46,817 nt of DNA from Terriglobia bacterium (GTDB taxonomy: Bacteria > Acidobacteriota > Terriglobia > Versatilivoradales > Versatilivoraceae): contig DATKMG010000695.1 in the NCBI GenBank assembly GCA_035541995.1, positions 1 to 46,817 on the forward strand. Direction: 5' to 3'. Every line of letters starts with the position of its first letter. Position 1 is the first letter of the stretch. A program made the position numbers and the translations under genes. Of the stretch, positions 9,237 through 18,487 are shown piece by piece. The notes under the pieces are model-generated. The model was not told where the DNA came from and did not search any database. It saw nothing but the letters and a program-made list of their open reading frames with translations.

Positions 9237-9304
9237 AGGCATTCTTGCCTGTCGAGAGTTGGTTCGATTGAGCATCCCTATGGCCTGTACAGGCAAGAAT
9301 GCCT
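9237..9304. repeat. Perfect 16-bp inverted repeat (stem-loop) in a divergent intergenic region
   Basis: aggcattcttgcctgt (9237-9252) and acaggcaagaatgcct (9289-9304) are exact reverse complements separated by 36 nt. Confidence 0.7.
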
Positions 9305-9443
9305 GTACCTACTTCTGACCGGTGAGCCATTTCGGGAAAAATCTTTCCTGAAAAACAAGAAGTTACTCTTTATTATTACAGAGGTACAAAGAAAAGCCCA
9401 GGATCCCTGTGATAATAAGAGGGGTCATTCGTATAATTACACG

Positions 9444-10010
9444 ATGCGTGCCCAGGGCTCGGTACTGAAATGGCTGATCCAAGTAACTCCTGCGACAGAG
9501 GTTGATTGGGACACTCTCTATCGAGAGCAACTCCCCAGGGTCTACAACTTCTTTCGCTACCGGGTGGGAGACGGTCCCATGGCGGAGGACCTGACAGCCA
9601 TGACTTTTGAAAAAGCTTGGCGTGCCCGACATCGTTATCGGTGTGATCTGGCTGCATTCTCCACATGGCTCTTCACTATTGCCCGCAATGTGGCAACAGA
9701 CCACTTTCGCCAGTGCCGGGAGATCGTGCCATTGGAGGAAGCCCCTGAGAAGTCTGATCCTCGAACGCCGGAGGATGCGGTTCTGCGAGATTTGGATTTC
9801 AAAAGGCTGAGTGAACTCCTGGCCAAGATGCCCGATCGCGAGAGGGAGCTTCTCTCTTTAAAATACGCCGCGGACTTGAATAACCGGACTATCGCCTCGA
9901 TCACCGGGCTGAGCGAGTCGAATGTGGGCACCATCCTGTATCGCGCCATACAGAGTCTTCGTGCTCAATGGAAAGGAGGACCCAATCATGGAAGACCAGT
10001 TTCTTTATGA
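9444..10010 (+). CDS. ECF-type RNA polymerase sigma-70 family factor
   Basis: Region 2 reads LPRVYNFFRYRVGDGPMAEDLTAMTFEKAW...FSTWLFTIARNVATDHFR. The region 4 HTH reads LSLKYAADLNNRTIASITGLSESNVGTILYRAIQSLR. Confidence 0.85.
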   Translation: MRAQGSVLKWLIQVTPATEVDWDTLYREQLPRVYNFFRYRVGDGPMAEDLTAMTFEKAWRARHRYRCDLAAFSTWLFTIARNVATDHFRQCREIVPLEEAPEKSDPRTPEDAVLRDLDFKRLSELLAKMPDRERELLSLKYAADLNNRTIASITGLSESNVGTILYRAIQSLRAQWKGGPNHGRPVSL

Positions 10011-10983
10011 ATTCCGGAAAGACCCTCGGCCTGAATTTGTCGAAAATCTTCGCAGCAGATTGAATCAGGGACAAGCGGGGGCAACTCATAATCCCTGGCA
10101 TGTGTGGCGGCCGGCTCTGGCCCTGCTGGGATTGCTAGTGGTCGGTGGCGGCCTGCTCAGTTTTCCCTCAGTGCGGGCGGCTGCTCAGCAGTTTCTTGAC
10201 CTGTTTCGCGTTCAACGCTTTGTGGCGGTCTCGATTGACCCAGGCCGAATTGCTCAAATTCAACAATTTCAAAACGGCAAACTCGACCTCAAGGCCCTTT
10301 TAAGCCGGGACCTGCAGGTCCTGAAGGATCCCGGCGAGCCAAGAGCGGCAGAAGACGTCGTGGCAGCCTCTCAGGCGGCAGGCATGGAGGTTCGCTTGCC
10401 TCTTGTATTGCCGGAGGGGGTGACACAAACCGGGATCCAGGTGATTGGGGAAGGACTCGCTCGATTTACTGCCGATATCTCAAAACTTGCGACTATCCTG
10501 GAATCACTGGATATCACCGATGTGCAGATCCCGAGTCAGCTGAATGGTGCTGTCGTTACCGTCCACGTCCCGCCTTGCGTCATCACTACATATTCGCGTG
10601 GGAAAGCCCGAGCCACGTTGATGCAAGCCAATAGCCCAGAAATTTCGTTGCCCGCAGGCGTTTTTCTCCCCGAGCTAGCCGAAATCGGCTTGAGAGTTGC
10701 TGGATTATCTCCCGATGAGGCTCGACGCCTGGCATATTCCGTGGATTGGCATAGCACGTTGATGGTGCCGGTGCCGGCCAATGCTGCTTCCTTTCGGGAA
10801 GTGGAGTTGCGGGGCACGAAGGGCCTGCTTATTGAGACCCGTTCCGAGGGCGGAAAATCAAATAGCGCTGAAACCCGCATAAGATCTGGTTCCATCCTGC
10901 TTTGGACCGAAGGGAGCAAAGTGTATGCGTTCACCGGCACGGTTCGAAGCGTGGAACTCCTGGAAATGGCAAATGCCTTGTGA
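9988..10983 (+). CDS. Single-pass membrane protein, putative anti-sigma factor with a DUF4367-like extracytoplasmic domain
   Basis: ATG 9988 follows AAGGAGGA and overlaps the sigma gene by 23 nt. It has a short cytoplasmic N-terminus, a TM segment (WRPALALLGLLVVGGGLLSF) and a ~270-aa external domain ending ILLWTEGSKVYAFTGTVRSVELLEMANAL. There is no HxxxCxxC zinc motif. Confidence 0.55.
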   Translation: MEDQFLYEFRKDPRPEFVENLRSRLNQGQAGATHNPWHVWRPALALLGLLVVGGGLLSFPSVRAAAQQFLDLFRVQRFVAVSIDPGRIAQIQQFQNGKLDLKALLSRDLQVLKDPGEPRAAEDVVAASQAAGMEVRLPLVLPEGVTQTGIQVIGEGLARFTADISKLATILESLDITDVQIPSQLNGAVVTVHVPPCVITTYSRGKARATLMQANSPEISLPAGVFLPELAEIGLRVAGLSPDEARRLAYSVDWHSTLMVPVPANAASFREVELRGTKGLLIETRSEGGKSNSAETRIRSGSILLWTEGSKVYAFTGTVRSVELLEMANAL

Positions 10984-11007
10984 CCTTTGCCCTGAAGCAA
11001 TCTGCGT

Positions 11008-11934
11008 ATGAGCACCTCGACCAGCCCTGTAATAGAAGCGTTTGGACTTGGCAAGCTTTACGAAGGCCGAGTTGCGATAAAGAACCTCACCTTGGAGGTG
11101 CATCGGGGCGAAGTCTTTGGTTTCTTGGGACCCAACGGGGGTGGCAAGACCACTTCAGTCAAAATGCTATTGGGGTTAGTGACGCCAACCAGGGGGACAG
11201 CCCGCGTGCTGGGGGCCCCCGTTGGGAACGTACAGGCTCGTGCCAAACTGGGTTTTTTGCCCGAACATTTCCGATACCATGAATGGCTGACTGGCCGCGA
11301 GATGTTGCAGTTCCATGGTCGTCTTTACCAGATGCCTTCCCGGTCGCTGAATGCTCGCATTGACGAATTGCTCACCCGGGTCGATCTTCACGATGCGGCA
11401 GATCGCAAGATCCGGGAATACAGCAAAGGGATGATGCAACGAGTCGGACTGGCTCAAGCCTTGCTCAACGTGCCAGAGTTAGTCTTCCTCGACGAGCCGA
11501 CGTCAGGGCTTGACCCATTGGGTCGTCTATTGGTCCGCAACGTGATTGATGAGTTGCGTCAAGAAGGTACAACCGTATTTCTGAATTCACATCTACTCAG
11601 CGAGGTAGAGATCTGCTGTGATCGAGTGGCCTTTGTCAAAGGTGGAGAAATAGTGCGCGAGGTCGCATGGAGAGACCAGGCCCCCATCCTGGAGGTAGAA
11701 ATCCGGATGAAGCCGATCAGCTCCGGATTATTGAAATCTCTGGAAGTTTTTGGACGCGAGATAATCTCCGATAACGGCGTGGTCCGACTGCGAGTCCCTG
11801 ATGAGGAGGTTCTGCCATTAATGACTCGCTGGCTAGTCAATCAGGGTGTCATGATCTACCAGATCCGGAGCTCCAGGAAGTCGCTCGAAGCGATGTTTCT
11901 TGAAATCATGGGCCAGGATCACCGCCCGGGATGA
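11008..11934 (+). CDS. ABC transporter ATP-binding protein (ABC-2/exporter type)
   Basis: It has Walker A GPNGGGKTT, the signature YSKGMMQRVGLAQAL, Walker B LVFLDEPTSGLD and an H-loop NSHLLSE. Confidence 0.85.
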   Translation: MSTSTSPVIEAFGLGKLYEGRVAIKNLTLEVHRGEVFGFLGPNGGGKTTSVKMLLGLVTPTRGTARVLGAPVGNVQARAKLGFLPEHFRYHEWLTGREMLQFHGRLYQMPSRSLNARIDELLTRVDLHDAADRKIREYSKGMMQRVGLAQALLNVPELVFLDEPTSGLDPLGRLLVRNVIDELRQEGTTVFLNSHLLSEVEICCDRVAFVKGGEIVREVAWRDQAPILEVEIRMKPISSGLLKSLEVFGREIISDNGVVRLRVPDEEVLPLMTRWLVNQGVMIYQIRSSRKSLEAMFLEIMGQDHRPG

Positions 11935-11938
11935 GTTG

Positions 11939-12772
11939 ATGCGCGGCATATTGACCATGGTTCACTTGACGTTGCAGGAAGCCAGGCGCCGCAGGCTTCT
12001 TTTGTCGGCTTTGCTTTTTGGACTGGCCTTTCTATCACTGTTCGCGACGGGCTTCCACTTTATCCATCGCGACCTGATGGCTCATAATGTTCTCCCCGCC
12101 CAGCGCAAGTTGATTTTGAGTTCGGTGATGATGGCGGGGTTCTATGCAGTCAACTTCTTGATGGTGATGACTGCGGTCCTGGTGCCGGTCGATACCCTGT
12201 CGGGCGAAATCAGCTCGGGAGTGATACAGACTGTAGCAGCCAAGCCGCTCCATCGTTTCCAGATCATTCTCGGCAAATGGATTGGCTTCTCGTTAATTCT
12301 GGCACTCTACCTGGGATTGATGGCGGGCGGGTTGGTCCTGGTTGGAAAAGTCCTTGGCGGGGTGACACTCCTGCGGATTGGCACAGGGGTTTCGCTGATG
12401 GGCCTGGAGGGTACCTTGCTCCTTACGCTTTCGATCGCAGGAGGGACTCGACTTACCACCATTGCCAACGGTGTCACCGTCCTGGGCCTTTACGGCCTTG
12501 CGTTCATTGGCGGGTGGATGGAACAGATTGGAACACTATTAGGCAATGCCACGACGCGATATGTGGGAATCGTGGCGAGTCTCTTCGTTCCCAGCGAATC
12601 GCTTTGGCAGCTTGCCGCCTATCATATGCAGCCCCCTTTGATGCGTGACTTGAATTTAACTCCCTTTTCCCCAGCCTCAGTCCCCAGCGGATACATGATC
12701 CTGTGGGCCGTTGGCTACACTTTGGCCGTTCTCTGCTGGGCTCTATGGCAATTCCACAAACGAAACCTGTAG
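11939..12772 (+). CDS. ABC-2 type transporter permease
   Basis: It is a multi-TM hydrophobic protein immediately downstream of the ATPase. ATG 11939 lies 2 nt after the ATPase stop. Confidence 0.65.
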   Translation: MRGILTMVHLTLQEARRRRLLLSALLFGLAFLSLFATGFHFIHRDLMAHNVLPAQRKLILSSVMMAGFYAVNFLMVMTAVLVPVDTLSGEISSGVIQTVAAKPLHRFQIILGKWIGFSLILALYLGLMAGGLVLVGKVLGGVTLLRIGTGVSLMGLEGTLLLTLSIAGGTRLTTIANGVTVLGLYGLAFIGGWMEQIGTLLGNATTRYVGIVASLFVPSESLWQLAAYHMQPPLMRDLNLTPFSPASVPSGYMILWAVGYTLAVLCWALWQFHKRNL

Positions 12773-13089
12773 GACTGCTCAATACCCTAGTGACACCACG
12801 CAATGAATTGTCAGCGGTGAGGGCTCCGTCTAACCGACCCACTACGGTAGCACCAAATCTTTACTTTTCATCCCAGGTGATCCTGCCTAAGGGCCCCTCC
12901 TGAGGCACGCATGCCACATTCTCAGCTGCCAGCTGCAGGGGAGGGGACAAAGGTGAGGAGGGGTAAGGCAGACAGGAAGCATGAGGGTATAGTCAAGAGT
13001 GACGGGCAGAGAAAAGATGTAGGAACAATGGCCCTGCGGACTGGAAATGCTCTCCCGTTTCTGTCCAGAATGTTTCGACCTGCTGGGCG

Positions 13090-13172
13090 CCGCTTCGCGG
13101 CCAACTGACTTTAGGCCGGCCTTTCAAGGCCGGAATCAAAGGCCCCAATATCCATCCGTCGCGAAGCGACGA
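13090..13172 (-). repeat. ~83-nt triple-hairpin REP-like element, copy A (inverted relative to copy B)
   Basis: The reverse complement of 13090-13172 aligns with 13348-13432 through three conserved stem-loops: cgtcgc-NNN-gcgacg, ccggcct-NNNN-aggccgg and ggccgc-NNN-gcggcc. Confidence 0.65.
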
Positions 13173-13347
13173 ATGAATGGGAGACAAGATATTGTGAAAG
13201 CGGGGCCTGTCACCGTGGAAAAATCAAACCCATTCTCGCTAGACCTCTCCCTCTGGGAATCAATACGAACACCTGTGGTGAGAAAATGATCCAGGGGAGA
13301 GTTAGGGCTTCCAGCGAGCATAGAATTTGACACGAATTGGGCTCAAC

Positions 13348-13432
13348 CGTCGCAATGCGACGCGGTGGAACATCGGGACCCTGGCGCCGGCCTTAAAAGA
13401 CCGGCCTCAAGTCATAAGGCCGCTCTGCGGCC
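13348..13432 (+). repeat. ~85-nt triple-hairpin REP-like element, copy B
   Basis: The sequence is cgtcgcaatgcgacg...ccggccttaaaagaccggcc...ggccgctctgcggcc. See copy A. Confidence 0.65.
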
Positions 13433-13514
13433 TACATTTGCTGTCCAGTCTCGATTGGACGCGAAAGGTACGTTATCCAGATAATTTCAGGGATGGGCTC
13501 AGCTTGCCTGCTCT

Positions 13515-13853
13515 ATGCGTACTCAAGTACTTGTTAAACTACTTGATGAGGAAGATCAGCTGAAGTATGATCCCCACATGAGGGAATTGAGGGAGAGCGA
13601 GCAGCAGGCTAGAATCTTCGCAGCCCTAGCCGACCCCGTGAGGGTACGAATCGTGCGCGAGCTCATGGGGGGCGGGGAATACACGGGTACAGCCCTCGCC
13701 CAAGAGCTGGGAATCAGCTTGGCCTTGTTTTGTCATCATTCTCGCATTTTGGTGGAATCAGGCGTCGTAACCAAGAGGAAGGAGGCCCAGACCGCCTATC
13801 TCCGGGCCAACCGCAGAGTGCTCGCCGATTGTATGAAGAACCTGCTGGCATGA
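13515..13853 (+). CDS. ArsR/SmtB-family transcriptional regulator
   Basis: The winged HTH reads IFAALADPVRVRIVRELMGGGEYTGTALAQELGISLALFCHHSRILVESGVV. An alternative in-frame ATG lies at 13578. Confidence 0.8.
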   Translation: MRTQVLVKLLDEEDQLKYDPHMRELRESEQQARIFAALADPVRVRIVRELMGGGEYTGTALAQELGISLALFCHHSRILVESGVVTKRKEAQTAYLRANRRVLADCMKNLLA

Positions 13854-13963
13854 TTTCCGCGCAGCATTCTCAGCTGTTTCTTCAGCTTTGCAGGAGTGCA
13901 GCCATGTCGGATCAAAGACCACAACTCGGGATCCGTTTCACGGTCACGCCAAGAATTTGAAAT

Positions 13964-16900
13964 ATGTGGATCGTTCGAATCGCCCTGCAGCGACCGTATA
14001 CCTTCATCGTGATGGCGCTTCTGCTGCTCATCATCAGCCCCATTGTCATTTTCCGCACGCCGACAGACATATTCCCGAATATCAACGTCCCCGTCGTCAG
14101 CGTCATTTGGAGCTTCATAGGTTTGAATGCCGAGGAGATGGAAGGGCGAATTGTCTCGGTTCATGAGCGGATCATGACGACGACGGTCAATGACATCGAG
14201 CACATCGAGTCGCAGACCCTCAGTGGGATCGCTGTGATTAAGATTTTTTTCCACCCCACCGTAAGGATTGACGCAGCCATTGCACAAGTCACGGCTGTTT
14301 CACAGACGATATTGAAATTTTTGCCTCCTGGAATTACACCACCGCTAATCCTGAGCTACAACGCCTCGAGTGTTCCGATTTTGCAGCTGAGCCTGTCCAG
14401 CGACAAGCTTTCCGAACAACAACTCAACGACTATGGGTCGAACTTCATCCGGATGCAACTGGCCACGGTGCAAGGCGCCTCACTTCCTTACCCTTTCGGA
14501 GGGAAGCAGCGCCAGATGATGATCGACATTAATCCTGCCGCTCTGGAGGCCAAGGGTCTCTCGCCACTCGACATCGTAAACGCCGTCAACGCCCAGAACC
14601 TGATCCTGCCGGCAGGCACCTCTAAGATTGGCCAATTCGAGTATGACGTGGATATGAACGCCAGTCCCAAGACGGCAGAGGAAATCAGTTATCTGCCGGT
14701 CAAGGTGGCGGGCAACACGACGATTTATATTCGTGACGTGGCACATGTCCGCGACGGATTTGCACCCCAAACCAACGTGGTGCGGCAAGGCGGGAAGAGG
14801 GGGTCCTTGCTTTACGTGATGAAAACCGGCAGTGCCTCGACCCTAGATATCGTCCACCGGGTGCGCCAGGCCCTGCCGCGAATTGCCGCGGGGCTTCCTC
14901 CGGAACTCAGGATCCAGCCCGTGGCAGACCAGTCTCTCTTTGTTCGCGCCGCCGTCAACGGCGTGGTCCGGGAAGCGATCATCGCAGCGGTGCTGACCGG
15001 CCTGATGATTCTCTTGTTCATAGGCAACTGGCGCAGCACACTGATCATTGGCCTTTCCATCCCCCTCTCCATCCTGGCATCAATCGTCGTCTTCAGCGCT
15101 CTGGGGGAGACGATCAACATCATGACGCTGGGGGGACTGGCGCTGGCAGTTGGCATCTTGGTGGATGATGCCACGGTGACCATCGAAAATATCGACCGAA
15201 ATCTGGCGCAAGGCAAGGATCTCACGACCGGGATCCTGGATGGTGCGGCGCAGATCGCGGTTCCGGCGTTTGTTTCCACGCTAAGTATTTGCATAGTGTT
15301 CATTCCGATCTTTTTCCTGACGGGGGTCTCGCGATATTTGTTTGTGCCGCTTGCTGAAGCGGTCGCCTTTGCCATGATTGCTTCCTACATTTTGTCGCGA
15401 ACATTGGTCCCCACCTTGGCTATGTACCTGTTGAAGGCGCATGAGTCCAAGCCGGACCCAGGCGAGCGCAGTCTTATTAGCCGATTTCAGAAGGCGTTCG
15501 AACGAGGCTTCCTGAGGAGCCGGGAAGCTTATCGCCGGATGCTCGGGACCGGCATTCGACACCGGAAGGTGTTCATTCCGGCCTTTCTGGCTGCTTGCCT
15601 TGCTGCCTTCCTGCTCATCCCCTGGTTGGGCGAAGATTTCTTTCCTTCGACGGACAGTGGTCACTTCACACTCCACCTGCGTGCCAAGACCGGAACTCGC
15701 ATTGAAGAAACGGCAAGGCTTTGCGATTTAGTTGAAAGCTCCATCAGGCGGGCTATCCCTCCGAACGAATTGTCTGACATTGTTGATAATATTGGTCTCC
15801 CGACCAGCGGCATCAATCTTTCCTACAGCAACTCAGCTCCGATTGGAACTTCGGACGCCGACATCATGGTCTCCCTCTCTGAGAGGCATCGGCCGACCGA
15901 TCAATATCTTCGCAATTTGCGAGTCCAGCTCAGGCAGGAATTTCCAGGGGTCACTTTCTATTTCCTTCCCGCCGATATTGTCAGCCAGATTCTGAATTTC
16001 GGTTTGCCGGCGCCAATCGATATTCAAGTCGTCGGCAGAAATATGGAGGGCAACCGTCAGTTCGCTATCCAGTTGTTGGGTCGGCTGAGAAAGATCCCTG
16101 GGGCCACGGATCTGCGGATACAACAGACGTTCGATCGTCCCAGGATGCATGTCGACGTGGACCGGACCAAGGCGCGGGAGATTGGATTTACGCAACGCGA
16201 GATTGCAAACAGCATGCTAATCTCGCTGAGCGGCAGTTTCCAGACCTCACCGACCTTTTGGCTGGACCCGAAGAATGGCGTCAGCTATAACCTCGTCACC
16301 CAGATGCCGCAGTACGAACTGGCATCTCTGCAGGACCTGCAGAGCATTCCGGTGACAGGGCAGAATCAGTTGCGACCGGAGATCCTGGGCAGTCTGGCTA
16401 CCGTCACGCGCAGCGCCATGATGGCACTGGTCTCTCATTACAACGTACAGCGGGTTATCGACATCTTCGGAGCAGTGCAGGGGCGGGACCTGGGAGGGGT
16501 AGCACAGGATATTACCCGCGTGGTCAAGGATAGTGAGAAGGATTTGCCACACGGTTCCCAATTGATGGTTCGCGGACAGATTGAAACCATGCGGTCTTCG
16601 TTCACTGGCTTGCTCAGCGGGTTAGTTTTTTCGATCATTCTCGTGTACCTGTTAATTGTGATTAACTTCCAGTCCTGGCTGGATCCGTTCATCATCATTA
16701 CTGCCTTGCCCGCAGCGCTGGCCGGGATCATGGTCTGCCTTTTTGTCACTTACACAACTGTCAGCGTACCTGCGCTGATGGGGTCCATTATGTGCATGGG
16801 AGTTGCCACGGCCAACAGCATCCTGGTCGTGAGTTTCGCAAAGGATCAAATCCATCAGCACGGCGATGCCACAAGGGCCGCCCTGGAGGCCGGCTTCACG

Positions 16901-17134
16901 CGTTATCGGCCAGTCCTGATGACCGCACTGGCCATGATCATCGGAATGGTCCCCATGGCGCTTGGTTCGGGCGAAGGAGGCGAACAAAATGCTCCCCTGG
17001 GACGCGCAGTCATTGGGGGCCTGATATTTGCTACTCTGGCGACGCTGTTTTTTGTACCCACCGTGTTCAGCCTGCTGCACGGTATTGGCAAATCCGCACC
17101 GATTTCTGATCGGGCCGATTGGTCCGGCGAATAA
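13964..17134 (+). CDS. RND efflux transporter permease (AcrB/HAE1-like)
   Basis: It is 1056 aa with an IALQRPYTFIVMALLL N-terminus and two large periplasmic loops. The TM4 motif is LALAVGILVDDATVTIEN; its VDDA signature is HAE1-like, not the heavy-metal CzcA type. Confidence 0.9.
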   Translation: MWIVRIALQRPYTFIVMALLLLIISPIVIFRTPTDIFPNINVPVVSVIWSFIGLNAEEMEGRIVSVHERIMTTTVNDIEHIESQTLSGIAVIKIFFHPTVRIDAAIAQVTAVSQTILKFLPPGITPPLILSYNASSVPILQLSLSSDKLSEQQLNDYGSNFIRMQLATVQGASLPYPFGGKQRQMMIDINPAALEAKGLSPLDIVNAVNAQNLILPAGTSKIGQFEYDVDMNASPKTAEEISYLPVKVAGNTTIYIRDVAHVRDGFAPQTNVVRQGGKRGSLLYVMKTGSASTLDIVHRVRQALPRIAAGLPPELRIQPVADQSLFVRAAVNGVVREAIIAAVLTGLMILLFIGNWRSTLIIGLSIPLSILASIVVFSALGETINIMTLGGLALAVGILVDDATVTIENIDRNLAQGKDLTTGILDGAAQIAVPAFVSTLSICIVFIPIFFLTGVSRYLFVPLAEAVAFAMIASYILSRTLVPTLAMYLLKAHESKPDPGERSLISRFQKAFERGFLRSREAYRRMLGTGIRHRKVFIPAFLAACLAAFLLIPWLGEDFFPSTDSGHFTLHLRAKTGTRIEETARLCDLVESSIRRAIPPNELSDIVDNIGLPTSGINLSYSNSAPIGTSDADIMVSLSERHRPTDQYLRNLRVQLRQEFPGVTFYFLPADIVSQILNFGLPAPIDIQVVGRNMEGNRQFAIQLLGRLRKIPGATDLRIQQTFDRPRMHVDVDRTKAREIGFTQREIANSMLISLSGSFQTSPTFWLDPKNGVSYNLVTQMPQYELASLQDLQSIPVTGQNQLRPEILGSLATVTRSAMMALVSHYNVQRVIDIFGAVQGRDLGGVAQDITRVVKDSEKDLPHGSQLMVRGQIETMRSSFTGLLSGLVFSIILVYLLIVINFQSWLDPFIIITALPAALAGIMVCLFVTYTTVSVPALMGSIMCMGVATANSILVVSFAKDQIHQHGDATRAALEAGFTRYRPVLMTALAMIIGMVPMALGSGEGGEQNAPLGRAVIGGLIFATLATLFFVPTVFSLLHGIGKSAPISDRADWSGE

Positions 17135-17155
17135 AGCAGGGCAGTGGAGGATGGG

Positions 17156-18394
17156 ATGGGAGTTAGAGAAGGTAGCGGCCTATACACCGAGGCAAACCTG
17201 GACGAAGAAGGCCAGGAAAAGTTGAGCCAACCGCCTCCACGGTCAGGTCATGTCAAAACGATCATTATCGCCGCGATAGTCTGTCTGCTTTTCGGAATCG
17301 CTGTGTATCGGGGCATTTCCAGCAGGACGAAAGCAAGCTCGGCCCTCGCCCGTGAGACACTGGAACAAGCGATACGTACGGTTTCCGTCATCCCTCCGAA
17401 GCGAGGGGCTCCCGCAGAGGAAATTGTGCTTCCTGGAAATATTCAGGCTTTCATCGATGCTCCGATTTACGCCCGGACGAATGGGTATTTGAGGCGCTGG
17501 ACCGTGGATATCGGGGCTCACGTCAAAGCGGGTCAGCTCCTGGCTGAGATCGATACCCCGGAAGTGGAACAGCAGCTCCAGCAAGCTCGTGCCGATCTGG
17601 CCACTGCGGAGGCAAACCTCCGCCTTGCAGAGATTACGGCATCCCGCTACCAGGAGTTGCTGAAAACCGATTCCATCTCGAAGCAGGAGGCCGACAACGC
17701 GTCCGGCGACCTTCAAGCGAAAGGGGCTATTGTTCAGTCAGCCCGATATAACATGAAAAGGCTTGAGGAATTGCAGTCCTTCCAAAGAATTTATGCACCT
17801 TTTGATGGGGTCATTACTGCTCGCAACACTGATATCGGGGCTCTAATCGATTCTGGCAGCGCAAGCCCCGCCCGGGAATTATTCCACATCGCTTCAACCC
17901 GGAAGCTACGAATCTATGTGAAAGTCCCACAGGTATACGCGCGAGCAGCCAGGCCGGGTCTTCCTGCAGACTTGACCTTGTCGGAATTCCCCGGCCGCCG
18001 CTTCAAGGGGACACTGGTGCGAACGGCGGAGTCAATCGAAGCTGCCACCCGCACACTCCTGGTCGAGATCGACCTGGAAAACCCCCATGGAACACTCCTC
18101 CCGGGCGCTTACGCGGAGGTGCATCTGAAACTTCCCTCCCAGGCGCCCACTTACCTCTTGCCTGTGAACGCACTTCTCTTCCGCTCTGAAGGCCTCCAGA
18201 TTGCGGTACTCGAAGGCAGGAACCGGGCCGTGCTGATTCCTGTGACGATTGGTCGTGATTTTGGAACAGAGGTCGAGATCGTTTCCGGCTTGAACGGCGG
18301 TGAGAGTGTGATCCTGAATCCTCCGGACTCCCTGGTTTCGGGCGAGGCAGTCAGCCTCGCGCCATCATCGAACACAAGCGGCAAGGGGAATTGA
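17156..18394 (+). CDS. RND efflux periplasmic adaptor (HlyD/AcrA membrane-fusion family)
   Basis: It has a TM anchor (IIIAAIVCLLFGIAVY), a lipoyl-like segment (VKAGQLLAEIDTPE), a coiled coil (QQLQQARADLATAEANLRLAE) and a beta-barrel. ATG 17156 follows GGAGG. An in-frame GTG at 17144 is an alternative start. Confidence 0.85.
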   Translation: MGVREGSGLYTEANLDEEGQEKLSQPPPRSGHVKTIIIAAIVCLLFGIAVYRGISSRTKASSALARETLEQAIRTVSVIPPKRGAPAEEIVLPGNIQAFIDAPIYARTNGYLRRWTVDIGAHVKAGQLLAEIDTPEVEQQLQQARADLATAEANLRLAEITASRYQELLKTDSISKQEADNASGDLQAKGAIVQSARYNMKRLEELQSFQRIYAPFDGVITARNTDIGALIDSGSASPARELFHIASTRKLRIYVKVPQVYARAARPGLPADLTLSEFPGRRFKGTLVRTAESIEAATRTLLVEIDLENPHGTLLPGAYAEVHLKLPSQAPTYLLPVNALLFRSEGLQIAVLEGRNRAVLIPVTIGRDFGTEVEIVSGLNGGESVILNPPDSLVSGEAVSLAPSSNTSGKGN

Positions 18395-18487
18395 CACCAC
18401 CGGATTTTTTCGCAGCTTCTGGTTACCCCGATCACCGGCGGAAGGATCTCGTGGGCCCCAGACGGGCCCCTGCCGTCATTCCTTCTG

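Noticed and set aside
12911-13563. Small ORFs in the 12773-13514 gap (12911..13108, 12993..13187, 13047..13289, 13136..13333, 13327..13563).
   Set aside because: They run across the triple-hairpin repeats on both strands. The repeat structure explains the open frames better than coding does.
14480-17187. Antisense ORFs inside the RND pump gene (for example 14812..15375 -, 15281..15676 -, 16652..17080 -).
   Set aside because: They lie inside a 1056-aa gene with unmistakable AcrB-family features and show no independent coding evidence.
18453-18469. The hairpin gggccc-cagac-gggccc between the convergent adaptor and kinase-1 genes, considered as an intrinsic terminator.
   Set aside because: It has only a 6-bp stem and no U-tract on either strand, which is too weak to annotate.
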